A stretch of DNA of 63,922 nucleotides, filler included, from Nemertoderma westbladi (lineage: Eukaryota; Animalia; Xenacoelomorpha): the NCBI GenBank assembly GCA_032718475.1. It is 3 parts of 3 records of this genome, joined end to end, with 100 filler letters (N's around TTAATTAATTAA, not from the genome) between each part and the next. Parts side by side here need not be neighbours in the genome. Positions count along the whole stretch, not along the records: positions 54,175 to 63,922 come from JAUCBJ010002005.1; 2 more parts are not named here. One strand, written 5' to 3'. Positions 60,330 to 63,922 of this stretch are shown here, in pieces. Each line of letters opens with the position of its first letter. Position 1 is the stretch's first letter. Position numbers and translations under genes: made by a program. The notes beneath the pieces were generated by a model. It had not been told where the DNA came from. It saw only the letters and a list, made by a program, of their open reading frames with translations, and made no database searches.

Positions 60330-63300
60330 TGTGAGCGGATTCAATTCTATTCTTCAATTCTCACTATCCCCATAGAGTTGGGAAGTGGCGCCCTTTTTTC
60401 CGCAATATTGGAGATACGAGATTGATAGCAATCAATCTCGTATCATACCCAATAATGGGGACAACAAACCCCAAAGAGCCACACAAAGGGAGGTTAGAGG
60501 TCAAGCTACCTTGAGAGGGCAGATAACCAACAGCGGGGGGGGGGGGGGGAAACACTCCCACAGAGGTGAGAGGCGTGAAGTAGGTTGTTAGCAAATAAGG
60601 GGCGAAGGAGAGCATCCGCTAAGTAATAAGGCCACAGTACCGTAAGGGTGATTAGATATATTATCAGTATATTCACATACCAGTTTAATTTACTCAGTAT
60701 AGACCAGTGACATTTCGCACCGTCGCAGTCACTACATATTAGATATACATTATTAACCTTTTCCTGTATTGTAACTGTAATTCAACTGTGCTATCATATA
60801 TTATATCAGTTAATCTATAACAATATCAGAGTGATAACGACAAACTATCTTTCTCAATTACACGGTGACGCGTAACTTAATAAACTGGTCGGGATCCCCT
60901 GATCCCGTCACAGTGCAAAATACCAGGAACCACTACAAACTGTGACTGCCAGCCACCAGAAAAGAATAAAGATGAGCACAGAGCCCCGAGAATTAGAGGG
61001 AGAGAGGACACCACTGCGGACCCCGGATGATACCAACGAAATGATCCGCGAGGCCGCGAAGCGACGGTATCGACCCGCAATGCCGGATTCGCCGGCGAGA
61101 GACGATCCGGCAGCTCAAGCGCAGGGCGGCCGTCTACTACGAGGAGTGGATGAGTCGACGCACCACGGAGGTCGAAGTACCGAAGTCGCCGGCCAGCCAC
61201 AGGCTGAGGGCGACGGACGGCCCATCGGAACAGCGACGGTGGGGCCGCCGGTACAACGCCGAACCAGGAGAGAAGGAGGAGATGTCGGCGACGAGGACGT
61301 CGGAACCAGCGATCGGCTTCGACGGGCCTACAACGCCACGAACAAACAGCTCAAGGAGGCCAGAGAGGGAGCAAAGGTAGACCAGGGGAAGTTGAGCCAC
61401 CGACTAGGTGAGTCGAATAAACATTTCAGATACCTAGTTCATTTCGGGCAGGGAGAACTAGCGAGTGAGAGAGCGAGGGGGGTCGCCACCGAACTATTCA
61501 AACTGTGGCAGTGCGGGATTATGGAGCCCCAAGTAGTGTATGTAGGGCCATATTTAGTTCGATGCTAGGGGAATTAAGTTAGTGGGTTGGGCAGATCCGC
61601 ACGAGGGCGAACCCGAGGTTATCCCCGAGGATTCGGTCTCGTCAGTTAGTGAGAACCCCAGAAAGTGGGGGAAAATTAGTAGGACAGAGAGGCGACGGGA
61701 GTCCGTCGCGACCAATAAGTCCACTACATCCTCCGCGAAAGCAAGAAGGGTGTTAGAGATAGATCTGGCGTGTCAATTAGACATGGTGGCGCTAGACCAG
61801 AAAGAATTAGAGAGGCAGTTGGATGAGGGGACTGCGTTGCTAGAGAAAGAGAGAGAGTTAGCGAGGGAGTGTAGAGAGAGGGCCTAGATGGTGGACAGGA
61901 GTTGTAGAGAGAAAGAAGAGAGGGAGAAAGAGGAAAGTAAAGAGCGAGAGACGAGAGCAGAGAACGAACGTAAAGAGCGAGAGACGAGAGCAGAGAACGA
62001 GCGTAAGGAGCGAGAGATGAGAGAGATGAACGAGCATAGAGAGCGAGAAGCGAGTGTAGAAAGCGAGCGTAGAGAGCGGGTGGCGAGAGAAACAGAGTTG
62101 GCAAACCAGAGTTTGCGAGAGGATAGAGAGAAGAGAGAGAGCGGGGAAACGCATGCGGGATGAAATGCACGCCCGGCTAAGGGGGCTTATGCAATATCAG
62201 GCCAAACAGAAGCGCCGGCTAGAACTGGCGCAATTGGGGCTATCAGAGAGTGAGGCCGGCTCTAGTAGTATTTACGAGGAGCCAGAGGTTATGGAAACGT
62301 TTGTTAATACCCCACTTACAGGGACCGACGACAGACCCAAGACTGGTGTAACCGTACGGGCGGGGGGGGGGGGGGGGGAGGGGGGGGGGGTAATAATAAT
62401 ACGTTAGGACACGTTAATATTAATAGTACCATAGTAGACAACCCTAATCAAACTTTCATTGCAGGAAATAATATTTTGCCCGGTAACAATAATTTAAATC
62501 CGAACGGTCCTAATTTAAATAATCCAAATAATAATCTAGACTCGAATATACAAAGTAATTCAAATAATTTAAATTTAAATACGCAAAATAATCTAAATAA
62601 TAATTTTAATTCAAATGAACAAAATAATCCCGATTCTAATTCAAATATACAGAATAATTTAAATAATAATCCGAATTCAATACAGAGTAATTCTAATAGT
62701 TTAAATAATTTAGAAAATAATATTGATAATGGTGCTATTAATATAAACGCGGCAGATGTAGGTGGCCCGGCCAACGAGAGCCTGCCAGGCCACATAATCA
62801 GTACGCAGGGGGTAACGGGGGTGAGAGACCCCGACGGGAGCCTGGTAGGCCACGTAGTTAATACGCAGGGAGTAGCGGGGGTGAGTCAACCCGACGAGGA
62901 GCCTTCCAGGCCACGCAGTGATAGAGGGAGAGGCGGGGGTGAATAGACCCAGCCGCAGTAGAGATAGTGCGTCGACTAGAGGGGGGCGTAGAAGCGAAGC
63001 GAGAGGTAGTGAAGTGGTAGGTGGCGAGTGGGGGGGGGGGGCGGGGGGGGGGGGGCTACAGGAGCCCCACAACAGAGAGATTAGCGGGGCGAGAGGGGGG
63101 GGGGGGGGGGGGCAGAGAGCGCCCCACAGGCGTCGGCGGATAATGCGCGGGGCGAATTAGGTGAACCGCAGCACCCGGCGACGGAGAATAGTAGTGGGAT
63201 TGTGAATATCCCCAGCGGCGTGCGACTGGCTAGAGAGAGGGAGGTTGGCGTCGCGCGCGGGCGAGCGACGAGACGTCGGGCCCAGTCAGAAGAGGGAAGA

Positions 63301-63490
63301 AGAACAGTGGAGTTTAACCGGGAGGTCGACGAGAGATCTCGCGAGTGGGGACGCTACACTGAAGAGAGAAGGAGAGAAGAGAGTAGAAGAGGTGTCGTTA
63401 CGAGCGACCGGAGAGCGAGGATGGGTAACGAGCCGTCGGTAGCAGAGGTGGAGTTGGAGAGTCAGTGGGGTCGAGCTCCGGGAGATTGCC
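60330..63490 (+). mobile_element. Decayed LTR retrotransposon 5' part, BEL/Pao-like gag
   Basis: Begins TGT; ~530-bp non-coding LTR-like block; then a stop-interrupted R/E-rich frame containing IPEDSVSSVS...SSAKAR, a coiled coil and an N-rich tract. Confidence 0.5.
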
Positions 63491-63922
63491 GGTCAGGTCA
63501 GGTATTCTAGGTCATTGATCAAGAAAACTTGCCACCTCCATGCAGCATAAAGGAGGTGCCACCTGTAGCTGCATAGACCCTCTTACTAGGGCAAATATGG
63601 TCCTGTAACTAGGACCCCCTTCGTTCTGGGATCAGGACACCCTTGGTCCTGGATTAAGGACCCATATACTTGGCTGCAGGGGTATATGGCCTGACCAGGC
63701 AGATGGTGATCTACCAATGGCTGGTCAGGAGTAGAGTGTTCTCATGTCCACTCTGAGAGCACTTCACTGCGACCTGCACCTGGCAGCAAGGGTACAGGGC
63801 ATGACCCAGCAGATGAGCTGCAACAGCCAATGGTGGGTCATGTGCGCCAGAGTAGATATGGGTGATGGGCCTCATATCTGACTCCATTGCGACACCCACC
63901 CTGTGGAATGGCAAACCAGGGT
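63491..63922 (+). mobile_element. Second RTE-like LINE copy, 5' UTR, running off the window
   Basis: Near-identical to 57942-58373. Confidence 0.9.

Noticed and set aside
62476-62946. Asn-rich prion-like ORF as a host gene
   Set aside because: Low-complexity segment within the decayed gag-like region, bounded by stops and poly-G frameshifts

Overview
AT-rich, repeat-dense eukaryotic (invertebrate animal-like) genomic DNA. It consists of three contigs joined by artificial 100-nt N-linkers that contain TTAATTAATTAA (23997-24096, 54075-54174), so adjacency across these joins is unproven. Host genes: an intronless atypical Arf-like GTPase, three exons of a ninein/NINL-like gene (-), the first seven exons of HCF-1 (-), a two-exon protein built from four copies of an uncharacterised domain, an intronless IFT52 and a partial class A GPCR (-). 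Mobile DNA: a Mutator-like MITE, L2-like, RTE-like and other LINE fragments, tRNA-derived SINEs, a hAT-like element containing a Penelope-like retroelement with a minimal hammerhead ribozyme, an IS3EU-like two-gene transposon and a BEL/Pao-like LTR fragment. The most striking object is a 5.4-kb near-palindromic element (14254-19698) with Maverick/Polinton-type ends (AGTAGT...ACTACT, 6-bp TSD TCTGTA). Its ~1.83-kb inverted arms each carry an intact ORF for a zinc-finger/acidic protein, and it has no core Maverick genes. Also notable are minisatellites born from local unique sequence, including a ~25-copy amplification of an HCF-1 exon end plus its splice donor. All family assignments come from motif recognition by eye; no database search was run.
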